Shown: one piece after another, positions 35,483 to 44,177 of the stretch
Layout: each line of letters begins with the position of its first letter
How positions within the stretch are numbered: position 1 is the stretch's first letter
Notes under the pieces: model-generated
What the model saw: only the letters and a program-made list of their open reading frames with translations
Told to the model about the DNA's origin: nothing
The model's database searches: none
NCBI GenBank assembly: GCA_001770575.1
Contig: MERK01000111.1
Location: 1 to 53,806, forward strand
Length of the DNA: 53,806 nt
Source: Betaproteobacteria bacterium RIFCSPLOWO2_12_FULL_64_23
GTDB taxonomy: Bacteria > Pseudomonadota > Gammaproteobacteria > Burkholderiales > SG8-39
Direction of reading: 5' to 3'
Program-made: the position numbers and the translations under genes

Positions 35483-36082
35483 TCAGGCGTTGGCTACGCC
35501 CGCCTTGCGTCTGCCGGGAAACGCGAGCGCTTCGGTAAGGAAGTAGGCAGCCTGCGCGTACGAAGTCGGGCACAGCGCAAAGCACTCCTGGCAGTCCCAG
35601 CATTCCTTCGCTGCGATCTCGGGAATGAAACTGATCTCCCGCCGCGCGCCTCTTTCGATGAAGTCGACGGCGTTCTTCTGCTTGACCTCGGCGCAGTAGC
35701 GCACGCACAGGCCGCAGAGTATGCAGAACGAGGCGTCCTTCTCGAACCGGTCGCGGTCGGCGCGGTACTCGCGCGCCAGCGCCACGAGTTCGGGCGAGTT
35801 CGGCGCATGCGCGAGCAGTTCCTCCAGGATCACCCGGCGGATCTTGTCGACCCGCTCCGAGCGCGTGCGCACGACGAGGTCCTGCGCCACCGGGTAGAGG
35901 CAGGACACGACGTAATTCTTCCGTCCGCGCGCCTCCACTTCCACCATGCACATGCGGCAGGCGCCGAACGGCTCCAGCTTCTCGTGATGGCACAAGGTCG
36001 GTATGTGTATCCCCGCGGTCCGTGCCGCCTGCAGCACGGTCATGTCATCGCGGGCCTTGACCTCCCTGCCGTCGATCTGCAT
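35483..36082 (-). CDS. bamI: BamI-like subunit: NuoG/HndD N-terminal-type 2Fe-2S plus 4Fe-4S protein
   Basis: 199 aa from the ATG at 36082 (an alternative GTG at 36097 overlaps the bamH stop). 2Fe-2S ferredoxin-like N-terminus (CHHEKLEPFGACRMCMVEV) and CILCGLCVRYC. Last gene of the 8-gene operon. Confidence 0.75.
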   Translation of the reverse strand: MQIDGREVKARDDMTVLQAARTAGIHIPTLCHHEKLEPFGACRMCMVEVEARGRKNYVVSCLYPVAQDLVVRTRSERVDKIRRVILEELLAHAPNSPELVALAREYRADRDRFEKDASFCILCGLCVRYCAEVKQKNAVDFIERGARREISFIPEIAAKECWDCQECFALCPTSYAQAAYFLTEALAFPGRRKAGVANA

Positions 36083-36093
36083 CAGGACGTCGC

Positions 36094-37782
36094 TCACGTC
36101 GCTGCACTCCCCGCGGCTTTGCCGCCCTTGCCCTCGCTTCCCCGGGCGATCTGCGTCTCGTATTCGTCCTTGAAGTAGCGCAGCATGCTCTTCAGCGGAT
36201 CGGACGCGGTCCGTCCCAGCGCGCACAGGCAGGCAGCGCCGGTCACGTCGTTCAGGTCTTCCAGCCGCGCGATGTCGCCGTCCCGGCCTTTGCCTTTGGT
36301 GATGTTGGTCAGGACTTTCAGCGTCTGCCGCATGCCTTCGCGGCAGGGCACGCACTTGCCGCAGGATTCGTTGGTGAGGAACTCGAGGAAATAGCGCGCC
36401 ACGTCCACCATGTCGGTGTCCTCGTCCATCACCAGCAGGCCGCCGGCGCCGATCGGCGCGCCGAGCTTCGCAAGCTCGTCGAAATCGAGCGGCGCATCGA
36501 TCAGGTTCGCCGGAATGGACCCGCCCATGGGCCCGCCGAAATGCACCGCCTTGGCCGCCTTGCCGCCCGGGATGCCGCCGCCGATGTCATAGACGATCTT
36601 GCGCAGCGGCGTCCCCATCGGGACTTCCACCACACCGCTGTTGACCACGTTGCCCGACAAAGACACGAGCTTGGTTCCCTTGCTGCCCGCAGTGCCGATG
36701 CCGGCGTACCACTCGGCGCCGCGGCTGATGATCTGCGGCACGTTCGCCCAGGTCTCGACGTTGTTGAGGTTGCTCGGCCTGTTCCAGATCCCGGCGACCG
36801 AGGTGCGGATGTACTTGGGCCGCGGCTCCGGCGGGAGACCTTCGATCGAGCGCATCAGCGCGCTCGATTCGCCAGAGACAAAAATGCCGACGTCGAAGTG
36901 CACCTCGACGCGGAAATCGAAGCCGGAACCGAGAATATTCTCCCCCAGCAGCCCGTATTCCTCCGCCTGGGCGAGCGCCTGCTCGATGTGCCGGATGAGC
37001 TGCGGGGAGTCGTGGCGAGTGTAGATGAAACCGCGGTGCGAGCCGATTGCATAGGCGCCGATGATCAGACCCTCCAGCACCTTGTGCGGATTGCCGGTAA
37101 AGAGCGCTCGGTCCATGAACGCGCCGGGCTCGCCTTCGTGGGCATTGACGATGACGTACTTGTCTTTGCCGGGCGCATTCTTCGCGGTTTCCCATTTCTG
37201 CCCGGCGGGAAATCCGCCGCCGCCGCGGCCGCGCAGATTGGCCTTCTTTACCTCGTCGAGGACCTGGTCCGGTGTCATCTGGAACAGCGCTTTTGCGAGC
37301 GCCGCGTAGCCGCCCAGCGCCAGGTAGTCGTCGATGCGCATCGGGTCGATGCGCACGTTGTCGCCTATCAGCAGCCGCGTCTGGTGCTTGTAGAAAGGCA
37401 CCTCGCCCATGTGGACCGCGCGCTCGCCGGTGTCGGGGTGCGCATAGACCAGGCGCTCGACCACCGCTTTCTTCAGGGTGCTTGCGACGATTTCCGGGGC
37501 ATCCTCGGGCTTGACCTCGAAGTAGCAGACGTCGTCCGGTCCGACGACGACGTTGGGCCCTTTCTCGCAGTAGCCGTGACAGCCCGTGACCCGTACCTCG
37601 AGCCCGGCGTCGCGACCGAGCTTGCCGACTTCGGTCCTAAAGGCCTGTGCGACCCGGGCGGAATCCAGCCCGTGGCAGGCCGCGCCGGCGCAGACCGCGA
37701 TGCAGGGCTTGGCCGGATCGCGGGCGGCGACGATGCCCGCGCGAAAGTGTTCGAGTTCAGCGGCTGATTCGAGCCTGGTCAT
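36094..37782 (-). CDS. bamH: BamH-like subunit: NuoF/HoxF-type NAD(P)H-binding FMN flavoprotein with N-terminal thioredoxin-like 2Fe-2S domain
   Basis: 562 aa with the FMN/NADH site RGRGGGGFPAGQKWE, a C-terminal 4Fe-4S motif ESCGKCVPCREG, and N-terminal Cys pairs (CAGAACHG...GCHGYCEKGP). Confidence 0.82.
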   Translation of the reverse strand: MTRLESAAELEHFRAGIVAARDPAKPCIAVCAGAACHGLDSARVAQAFRTEVGKLGRDAGLEVRVTGCHGYCEKGPNVVVGPDDVCYFEVKPEDAPEIVASTLKKAVVERLVYAHPDTGERAVHMGEVPFYKHQTRLLIGDNVRIDPMRIDDYLALGGYAALAKALFQMTPDQVLDEVKKANLRGRGGGGFPAGQKWETAKNAPGKDKYVIVNAHEGEPGAFMDRALFTGNPHKVLEGLIIGAYAIGSHRGFIYTRHDSPQLIRHIEQALAQAEEYGLLGENILGSGFDFRVEVHFDVGIFVSGESSALMRSIEGLPPEPRPKYIRTSVAGIWNRPSNLNNVETWANVPQIISRGAEWYAGIGTAGSKGTKLVSLSGNVVNSGVVEVPMGTPLRKIVYDIGGGIPGGKAAKAVHFGGPMGGSIPANLIDAPLDFDELAKLGAPIGAGGLLVMDEDTDMVDVARYFLEFLTNESCGKCVPCREGMRQTLKVLTNITKGKGRDGDIARLEDLNDVTGAACLCALGRTASDPLKSMLRYFKDEYETQIARGSEGKGGKAAGSAAT

Positions 37783-37793
37783 GATTTGCCTGC

Positions 37794-38246
37794 CTATTGG
37801 TAGTCTTTCAGCACGTCCTCGACCTTGGCCGGCGTCATCCGGGCATGGTGCGTGCCGTTGACGATGATTTCAGGCCCGATGCTGCAGCTGCCGAGGCAGC
37901 TCCCCGTGTCCACGCTGTAGCGCCAGTTGGCGTCGGTCTCGCCCGGCTTGATGCCGGTGACGCGCTGCACCGCATCCAGCAGTTTGTTCGCGCCGCGCAG
38001 ATGGCAGGATATGCCGGTGCACACCTGCACCTCGTTGCGCCCCTTGGGCGTCAGGCTGAAGGTTTTGTACAGAGTGGCGATGCGCAGGACCCGGCTGAAC
38101 GGGATGTCCAGTGCCGCCGCGACCTGGTGCAGCACGTCCCGGGGCAGCCAGTGGTTCTGGTGCTGGATTTCCATCAGCACGTGGATCAGGTCGCCGGGCT
38201 TGCCGCGGTGTTTTTCGATGATCTGATCTATGTTGGCGCTATCCAT
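37794..38246 (-). CDS. bamG: BamG-like subunit: NuoE/HoxE-type 2Fe-2S protein
   Basis: 150 aa with the NuoE pattern (VCTGISCHLRG ... GSCLGSCSIGP). Confidence 0.82.
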   Translation of the reverse strand: MDSANIDQIIEKHRGKPGDLIHVLMEIQHQNHWLPRDVLHQVAAALDIPFSRVLRIATLYKTFSLTPKGRNEVQVCTGISCHLRGANKLLDAVQRVTGIKPGETDANWRYSVDTGSCLGSCSIGPEIIVNGTHHARMTPAKVEDVLKDYQ

Positions 38247-38312
38247 GGCCTCTTATCCAATCCCTATCAAAATCCGGTTTTCCGTCCGATTCTCGTGTCC
38301 CATCCGTGGCGC

Positions 38313-39080
38313 TCAGACCGCGGCCAGCAGCGACTGGCCAGCATCGAACTTGATCAGCCCGCGCTCGGTCAATTGCCGCAGATGCCGCGCGACCTCGGAC
38401 GGCTCCAGGGCCAGGCTCCCCGGAATCTCCATGGCCGCCGCCGGTTTTTTGCGCAGGAAACCCATGATGCGGCTCATCACCAGCTTGTCCAGGATCAGTT
38501 CGTTGAACAGTTGGTCGAACTCTTCGCTACCGAAGAATTTCCGGTAGCCTTCTTCGGTGCGCACCGGCACTCTGAGCCTTTCTCTCTCCACCAGTTTGAT
38601 GTAGGGGACGAGATCCTCGGCGGTTTGCATCCGCGATGAAAGTTCGGCGACGGCTATGCCTTCCGAAGAGCCCAGCGGCCCGAGGCTCTTGATCTTCGCG
38701 GAGAGCTCGTTCATGACCTCGGCGAAGCGCACGCCTTCGCCCGCCGACACCCATTCCAGCCGCAGCCGGTCCGGATTCACGCCCAGCTTCTCCAGGATGC
38801 GCTTGGCCATCAGGGTATTGCCCATCGCATCGTAGTTGCCCTCTGGATTGTAGTGGCAGTCGTTCAGGTGACAGCCGCCGATGAACACGGCGTCGGCTTT
38901 TTTCGCGAAGGCGCGGAAGATGAACGCCAGATCGACCCGGCCCGAGCACATCAGCCGGATCACGCGCAGATGCGGCGGATACTGGAAGCGCGAGACGCCG
39001 GCGAGGTCGGCCCCGCCATAGCAGCACCAGTTGCACAGGAATCCGACGATGGTCGGCTTGAACTCGGTTGGAGCAGCCAT
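38313..39080 (-). CDS. bamF: BamF-like subunit: MvhD/FlpD-type iron-sulfur protein with ~110 aa C-terminal extension (winged-helix-like)
   Basis: 255 aa with MvhD signature residues (FLCNWCCYGGADLAG, LMCSGRVD, GGCHLNDCHY). Cys is used throughout and there is no in-frame TGA. Confidence 0.8.
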   Translation of the reverse strand: MAAPTEFKPTIVGFLCNWCCYGGADLAGVSRFQYPPHLRVIRLMCSGRVDLAFIFRAFAKKADAVFIGGCHLNDCHYNPEGNYDAMGNTLMAKRILEKLGVNPDRLRLEWVSAGEGVRFAEVMNELSAKIKSLGPLGSSEGIAVAELSSRMQTAEDLVPYIKLVERERLRVPVRTEEGYRKFFGSEEFDQLFNELILDKLVMSRIMGFLRKKPAAAMEIPGSLALEPSEVARHLRQLTERGLIKFDAGQSLLAAV

Positions 39081-39152
39081 GGTTCAGTTCACTCGTTCGG
39101 TTGGCGATGCACGCACTGCGTTACATTCGGCCCGTCTGATCCGGTGCGCATC

Positions 39153-42100
39153 TCAGTGCGCAAGCGCGGCATCGATCTGGCCGAACACTTCGTCGTCGGT
39201 GTAATGCTTCAGAAACACCGCGCCTGACGGACACTTCGCGTTGCACAGGCCGTCTCCCTTGCACAGCACGGGATTGATCGTGGCTTTCTTGCCGCGCTTT
39301 GTTTCGCGGAACTCGATCGCCCCGTACGTACAGGAGGTAATGCAGGCCCCGCAGGAGACGCAAAGGCTCTCGTCCACCTCGCACACGGAACCGGAGGCGA
39401 CGACGGTGTCGTGCGTAAGCAGCGTCAGGGCGCGGCCGGCCGCGCCGTACGCCTGGCTGATCACTTCGGACAGGTGCTTGGGATACTGCGCGGTCCCGCA
39501 TAGATAGACGCCTTCCGCGGCGAAATCGACCGGCCGCAGTTTCACGTGCGCTTCCTGGAAAAAGCCGTCCGGACCGAGCGGCACCTTGAACAGGCGCGCC
39601 GTGTCCTCGCTGCCGGCCGACGGTATAACCGCAGCCGACAGGACCACGGTATCGGCATCGATGGCGAGCCTCTTGCCCAGCACCGGATCGGTCACCGTCA
39701 CTTTCAGCACACTGCGTCCGCCCTCCTCGACGGCTTCCACCTGGGGCTTGTCCTGCGGCTCAAAGCGGATGAACCTGACGTCCTTGCCCGATGCTTCCAG
39801 GTAATAGTCCTCGTTGAAGCCGTAGGTCCGCATGTCGCGGAACAGCACGTAGATGTCCATGTCCTTGTTGACGGACTTGAGCTTCAGCGCGTTCTTCATC
39901 GCGCCGCTGCAGCAGACGCGGGAGCAGTAGTTCCGGTCTTCCTGCCTACAGCCCACGCACTGGATCATGACCAGACTCCGCGCCTTGCGCACCTCTTCGT
40001 CGCCGCCGGCGATTCTCTCTTCCAGCTCGAGTTGGGTCATGACCCGGGAATCCTGTCCGTACAGGTACTCGGTCGGCTTGTACTCGTCGGCACCGGTGGC
40101 GATGATGGCCGCGCCGTGCTTGATCTCCTGCACCCGGCCCTTGGACTTCACCTTGGTGAGGAAATTGCCCACGTATCCGGAGACGTCGGTGATGATGGCG
40201 TCGGTGATGACCCGGATCAGCTGATGCCGGTAGGTCTTCTTCTTCAGATCGTTGAGGTAGGCCTGCACGTCGAGCCCTTCGACCGTATAGTGAATGCGGC
40301 GCGCCATGCCGCCGAGGTCGGAGGCTTTCTCGATGAGATAGGTCTGGAAGCCCTGCTCGGCCAGCGTCAGGGCGCTGGTCATCCCGGCCACGCCTCCGCC
40401 GACGACCAGGGCGGCCTTGTTCACCGGCAGGGAGAATTCATCCAGCGGCTCCAGCAGGGCGGCCCGCGCCACCGACATGCGCACGATGTCCTTCGCCTTC
40501 TTCGTCGCGTCCGCCTGCTCCTTGGAGTGGACCCAGGAGCAATGCTCGCGGATGTTCGCCATGTCGAAGAAATACTGGTTGATGCCCGCCTCGCGCAGGG
40601 TGTCGCGGAACAGCGGCTCGTGCGTCCTGGGCGTGCACGCGGCGACCACGACCCGGTTCAGACCCTTGTCGCGGATGGTGTCCGAAATCGCCTTGGCCGT
40701 ATTCGTCGCGCAGGCGAACAGGCTCTCCTCGGCATGCACCACATTGCCCAGGGTCCTGGAGTATTCGACGACCGCGGGCACGTCCACCACGCGGCCGATG
40801 TTGGCGCCGCAGCGGCAGACGAAAACGCCGACCTTCGCTTCTTCCTTGGTGACGTCCTTCTCCAGCGGGTATACCCGTTCCTGGCTCAGCCGTCCGCGCC
40901 GCGCCTTCAGCATCTGGCCGGACAGAGCCCCGGCCGCGCTCGCGCTCATAACGGCTTCGGGGATGTCCATCGGACCGCGGAAGGCACCGCTGATGAAAAC
41001 CCCGGCGCGCGTGGTCTCGATCGGGTTCACCGGATCGGTCTTGCAGAATCCCTGGGGTCCCAGCTCGACGCCGAACTTTTGCGCAAACGCCTTGGCATCG
41101 GCGGGCGGGTTGAGCCCGACGGACAGCACCACCAGCTCGAATTCCTCTTCCTTCACGCCGGCGTCGTTGGTGGCATAGCGGATGGTGATGTTCTTCGTGA
41201 CCGGATCTTCCCCGCCTATGGAGACATAGCTGCGGACGAATTTCACGCCGGGCAGGTTCTCCGCCCGCTGGTAGAAGCGCTCGAAGTCCTTGCCGTAGGA
41301 GCGGATGTCGTTGTGGAAAATCGTCGCCTGCATCTCCGGCACGTGGTCCTTGGCCAGGATCACCTGTTTTTGCGTGTACGAACAGCACACCGCGGAGCAA
41401 TAGGTGTTGCCGCCGGGGATCACCTGCCTGGAACCGACGCAGTGTATCCAGGCGATCTTTTGCGGATGCTTCTTGTCCGACGGGCGCAGGATGTGCCCGT
41501 CGTGCGGCCCGGTGGCGCAGAGCAGCCGCTCGAAGTCGAGGCTGGTGACCACGTTCTCGTAGGTGCCGTAGCCGTAGTCGCCCCGCAGCTTGGGGTCGAA
41601 AGTCTCGTAGCCGGGCGAGAGCACGATCGCCCCGACCTTGACTTCGACTTTCTCCGGCGTCTGGTTGAAGTTGATGGCGTCGTTCTCGCACACGCCCTGG
41701 CAAATCGAGCAGGTCTTGTCCTGCAGATAGAGGCAGGTCTCGTCGATGTAGGTCACGAGCGGCACCGCCTGCGAGAAGTAGATGTGCACCGCCTTGTTCA
41801 ATGACAGGTTCTGGTTGAACGGGTCCGGAATCTTGACCGGGCAGTACTCGACGCAGACGGTGCAGCCGGTGCACTTGTCCTCGTCGATATACCGCGGTTT
41901 CTTGTTCAGGGTCACCTTGAAGTTGCCGGCCGATCCTTCCACGCCGACCACCTCGGTGTAGGTCATGATTTCGATGTTGGGCTGCCGGTCGCACTCGATG
42001 AACTTCGGCGATTCGATGCACATCGAACAGTCGTTGGTGGGAAAGGTTTTGTCGAGCTGGGCCATCTTCCCACCGATGGTGGGTGTCTTTTCCACCAGGT

Positions 42101-42263
42101 AGACCTTGAAGCCGGAGGTCGCCAGATCGAGCGCCGCCTGGATGCCGCTGATGCCACCGCCGACGACCATCACGTCGCCGCGCTGATCGTCATGCGCACG
42201 CAGGGAGCGCTGACCCACCGCTTCGTGCGCGTGTTCGATTGCGCGTTCTAGTGTGTGTGCCAC
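39153..42263 (-). CDS. bamE: BamE-like subunit: double HdrA-type FAD/FeS protein
   Basis: 1036 aa with two dinucleotide-binding HdrA modules (VMVVGGGISGIQAALDLA... and ALVVGGGVAGMTSALTLAEQG...), several ferredoxin motifs (CTGCTVCVEYCP, CVSCGACITSC, CNAKCP) and HdrA-type Cys clusters. Confidence 0.85.
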   Translation of the reverse strand: MAHTLERAIEHAHEAVGQRSLRAHDDQRGDVMVVGGGISGIQAALDLATSGFKVYLVEKTPTIGGKMAQLDKTFPTNDCSMCIESPKFIECDRQPNIEIMTYTEVVGVEGSAGNFKVTLNKKPRYIDEDKCTGCTVCVEYCPVKIPDPFNQNLSLNKAVHIYFSQAVPLVTYIDETCLYLQDKTCSICQGVCENDAINFNQTPEKVEVKVGAIVLSPGYETFDPKLRGDYGYGTYENVVTSLDFERLLCATGPHDGHILRPSDKKHPQKIAWIHCVGSRQVIPGGNTYCSAVCCSYTQKQVILAKDHVPEMQATIFHNDIRSYGKDFERFYQRAENLPGVKFVRSYVSIGGEDPVTKNITIRYATNDAGVKEEEFELVVLSVGLNPPADAKAFAQKFGVELGPQGFCKTDPVNPIETTRAGVFISGAFRGPMDIPEAVMSASAAGALSGQMLKARRGRLSQERVYPLEKDVTKEEAKVGVFVCRCGANIGRVVDVPAVVEYSRTLGNVVHAEESLFACATNTAKAISDTIRDKGLNRVVVAACTPRTHEPLFRDTLREAGINQYFFDMANIREHCSWVHSKEQADATKKAKDIVRMSVARAALLEPLDEFSLPVNKAALVVGGGVAGMTSALTLAEQGFQTYLIEKASDLGGMARRIHYTVEGLDVQAYLNDLKKKTYRHQLIRVITDAIITDVSGYVGNFLTKVKSKGRVQEIKHGAAIIATGADEYKPTEYLYGQDSRVMTQLELEERIAGGDEEVRKARSLVMIQCVGCRQEDRNYCSRVCCSGAMKNALKLKSVNKDMDIYVLFRDMRTYGFNEDYYLEASGKDVRFIRFEPQDKPQVEAVEEGGRSVLKVTVTDPVLGKRLAIDADTVVLSAAVIPSAGSEDTARLFKVPLGPDGFFQEAHVKLRPVDFAAEGVYLCGTAQYPKHLSEVISQAYGAAGRALTLLTHDTVVASGSVCEVDESLCVSCGACITSCTYGAIEFRETKRGKKATINPVLCKGDGLCNAKCPSGAVFLKHYTDDEVFGQIDAALAH

Positions 42264-42290
42264 GACTCTGTTCCTCGGCTTGCGCCCTGC

Positions 42291-43442
42291 CTAAATGGCT
42301 TCCCGGATAACTTCGGTGATGTCCTTCACCTCGATCGCATCTCCACCTTTCACATTCAGTCTGCTGTCCTCGAAGTTGGTGATGCAGTAAGGACAGGAGG
42401 TCGCCAGAACCTGTGCCCCGACGCCCATCGCCTGCGCCAGCCTCAGGTCGGAGAAGCGTTCGCACTTGGGGGTTTCCATCCAGATCCGGCCACCGCCGCC
42501 GCCGCAGCAGAAGCTGTTCTTGCGCGATTCCGGCATTTCGGCGAGTTGCAGGCCGGGCACCTTCTTCAGCGCTTCCCGCGGCTGGTCATAGACGCCGTTG
42601 TGCCGGCCGAGGTAGCAGGGGTCGTGGTAGGTCACCGTTTTGGCGAATTCCTTCTTCAGTTCCAGCCTGCCTTCGGCGATCAGGCTGTGGACGAGCTGCG
42701 AGATGTGCACCACCTCGAAGTGCACCATGAACTCCGGGTACTCCCTGGTGAAGCTGTGATAGCAATGCGGCGAGGACACCAGGACCTTCTTCACCCCGCG
42801 TTCGACGAAGGCGCGGATGTTCTGCCGCGCCAGAGCCTTGAACAGCGCCTCGTCGCCGGTCTTGCGGATGCTCTCGCCGCAGCAGCTTTCCTCCGCGCCG
42901 AGGATGCCGAAATCCACTCCCGCCTTATTGAGGATTTCGACGGTGGCGCGGGCAATCTTCCGCGCCCTGGGGTCGTAGGACAGGTAACAGCCGGGGGAAT
43001 ACAGGAATTCCATTCCCTCGGTGAAGGACTTGACGGACAGGCCCTCGGCCCATTTGGCGCGCTTGGCGCGCTCTTCGCCGAACGGGTTGCCCTCGGCACG
43101 CAGGTTGGCGGCCACCACCCGGATCGGCTGCACCGAGTGCGGGAATACGTCGTACTCGGTGGCGATCCGGCGCAGCGCCACGCCGGACTCGATCTGCTTG
43201 ACATCGCGCGGGCAGACCTGCGGGCACTTGCCGCAGGTGGTGCAGCGCCAGATGTCTTCGCTCTCGATCTCGGTCAGACCGAAGGTCGCCTCGCGCACGA
43301 GCTTGCGCATGCTGAAGTTGCGCACCCGGTTCCACGGGCAGACCGTATCGCACAGGCCGCACTGGTAGCAGTACTTGAACGCATCGCCGCCGCTCGCCTT
43401 GATCGCGTCGATGATTTCCTTGAAGGGGGTAACCAATTCCAT
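42291..43442 (-). CDS. bamD: BamD-like subunit: HdrD-type (HdrC+HdrB fusion) FeS protein with two CCG domains
   Basis: 383 aa with two 4Fe-4S motifs (CYQCGLCDTVCP, CTTCGKCPQVCP), followed by CCG-domain signatures (ESCCGES..., PCYLGRH..., NSFCCGGGGG). Confidence 0.85.
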   Translation of the reverse strand: MELVTPFKEIIDAIKASGGDAFKYCYQCGLCDTVCPWNRVRNFSMRKLVREATFGLTEIESEDIWRCTTCGKCPQVCPRDVKQIESGVALRRIATEYDVFPHSVQPIRVVAANLRAEGNPFGEERAKRAKWAEGLSVKSFTEGMEFLYSPGCYLSYDPRARKIARATVEILNKAGVDFGILGAEESCCGESIRKTGDEALFKALARQNIRAFVERGVKKVLVSSPHCYHSFTREYPEFMVHFEVVHISQLVHSLIAEGRLELKKEFAKTVTYHDPCYLGRHNGVYDQPREALKKVPGLQLAEMPESRKNSFCCGGGGGRIWMETPKCERFSDLRLAQAMGVGAQVLATSCPYCITNFEDSRLNVKGGDAIEVKDITEVIREAI

Positions 43443-43470
43443 GTTCGTTCCCTGCCCCTGTTCGCGCGCC

Positions 43471-43644
43471 GTCCTAGTACGATGACACGCTAATTTCGAA
43501 GCGTGCCTGCCTTATAGGTGTGGGAGCGAGCTTGCTCGCGAATCTTGGAATTCGCGAGCAAGCTCGCTCCCACAAGGTGGTGCGCCAGCACGGACAAGTT
43601 GCTCGCCACATTGTTTCGCAATTAAGGTGTCATCGTACTAGGAC
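43471..43644. repeat. 174-bp nested inverted-repeat (MITE-like) element between bamC and bamD, containing a REP-like palindrome
   Basis: Outer perfect 18-bp inverted repeats GTCCTAGTACGATGACAC (43471..43488) and its reverse complement (43627..43644). The right repeat overlaps the bamC stop codon. The inner perfect palindrome has 24-bp arms, GTGGGAGCGAGCTTGCTCGCGAAT (43520..43543 / 43550..43573), identical in its first 22 nt to the arms at 8641..8698. Confidence 0.85.
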
Positions 43645-44177
43645 TTCGACATCCTTGCGACCGTGTCCAGCACCTGCTGCAGCCCGTGCTTGTCGATGAG
43701 CGCCTCGATGCCGACCTCGATGTCAGGCGGGCTCGCCTGCGGCTCCTCGACTTCCTCTTCGCGCTCTTCGTAAATCAGCGCGTCGTTCAGGCACCACTCC
43801 ACGCACTTGGGTTTCGCCAGCGGCGGCTCGTCTTCGCACATATCGCATTTCAGCGGCAGACCGGAATCGGGTTCCTTGAACAGGTCGCGCGAGGGACAGG
43901 ACGCGCGGCAGAAATCGCACTCGTCGTATTTCTTGCCGTCGATGATGTAGGTATCGCGGCCGGTGCATTCCGCCGCCGTGTATTCGCCGGCATAGACCGG
44001 AAGGTAGATGTCGCGCAGAGGCTCGCGCACGATCCGGATGCGCGAGCGCGCCGGGTTGTTGCTGCTATAGCGCGGCGAGGCATGAAACAGGGAGCAGATG
44101 ACCTCGCACGCCCGACAGCCACTGCACTTGTCGGCGTCGATGGTGATGGATTTGATCTTCTTCATGACCTTAGGCAT
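43638..44177 (-). CDS. bamC: BamC-like subunit: 4Fe-4S ferredoxin partner of the AOR-family enzyme
   Basis: 179 aa from the ATG at 44177 (8-nt overlap with bamB; an alternative ATG at 44165). Cluster motifs CSGCRACEVICS, CDFCRASCP, CDMC...CVEWC. Confidence 0.8.
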   Translation of the reverse strand: MPKVMKKIKSITIDADKCSGCRACEVICSLFHASPRYSSNNPARSRIRIVREPLRDIYLPVYAGEYTAAECTGRDTYIIDGKKYDECDFCRASCPSRDLFKEPDSGLPLKCDMCEDEPPLAKPKCVEWCLNDALIYEEREEEVEEPQASPPDIEVGIEALIDKHGLQQVLDTVARMSKS

